Assembly (NCBI GenBank): GCA_030621645.1 | Contig: JAUXHI010000001.1 | Coordinates: 14,318-78,317, forward strand | Origin: Mycoplasmataceae bacterium | Lineage (GTDB): Bacteria; Bacillota_I; Bacilli_A; Mycoplasmatales; Hepatoplasmataceae | DNA: 64,000 nucleotides | Reading direction: 5' to 3' | Shown: piece by piece, positions 61,092 to 64,000 of the stretch | How the letters are laid out: each line of letters starts with the position of its first letter | Numbering within the stretch: position 1 is the first letter of the stretch | The notes under the pieces: generated by a model | Told to the model about the DNA's origin: nothing | Seen by the model: only the letters and a program-made list of their open reading frames with translations | The model's database searches: none | Made by a program: the position numbers and the translations under genes

Positions 61092-61103
61092 ATTTTTCCT
61101 ATT

Positions 61104-64000
<2,897 letters not shown>

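Overview
This window is an AT-rich, almost gap-free chromosomal segment from a Mollicutes-type bacterium that reads TGA as Trp (translation table 4). In the standard-code ORF track every conserved gene is cut only at in-frame TGA. The fragments share one frame and join into full-length orthologues once TGA=Trp.

After re-joining, positions 3543-64000 form one nearly uninterrupted minus-strand block of housekeeping genes with strongly Bacillus-like synteny:
- (orphan)-rpoC-rpoB-rplL-rplJ-rplA-rplK-nusG-secE-rpmG-sigma factor-rlmB-cysS
- oppFDCBA
- membrane protein-whiA-trxB-lgt
- APC permease-secA-small membrane protein-upp-glyA-tsaC-prmC-prfA-tdk-rpmE-fba-rpoE-argS-HD hydrolase-gltX-ychF-parB-parA-rsmG-mnmG-metG
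- one plus-strand permease
- rsmI-orphan-tmk-recR-dnaX-SRP RNA-serS-gyrA-gyrB-recF (5' end outside the window)

The recF-gyrB-gyrA end implies that dnaN/dnaA/oriC lie just beyond position 64000. Positions 1-3537 hold three plus-strand genes: two overlapping Trp-rich putative surface proteins and a HIT hydrolase.

I find no mobile element, CRISPR array, rRNA/tRNA gene, defence island or other discrete novel multi-gene system. The window is core genome. The items most worth a second look are:
- a complete ParA/ParB system with two consensus parS sites, plus a half-site-swapped parS-like palindrome in front of parA
- a roughly 350-aa helical insertion inside the OppF ATPase
- a 58-codon very basic ORF wedged between secE and nusG
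- a 207-bp structured leader with a strong terminator directly in front of rplK
- acidic C-terminal tails on L10, L11 and L31
- a 12-nt tandem repeat encoding (GL)6 in a signal-anchor
- orphan genes at the holB position and downstream of rpoC

All coordinates were derived by hand from the printed sequence, anchored to the ORF track. CDS ends include the stop codon. RNA and hairpin ends are good to a few nt. No database search was possible.
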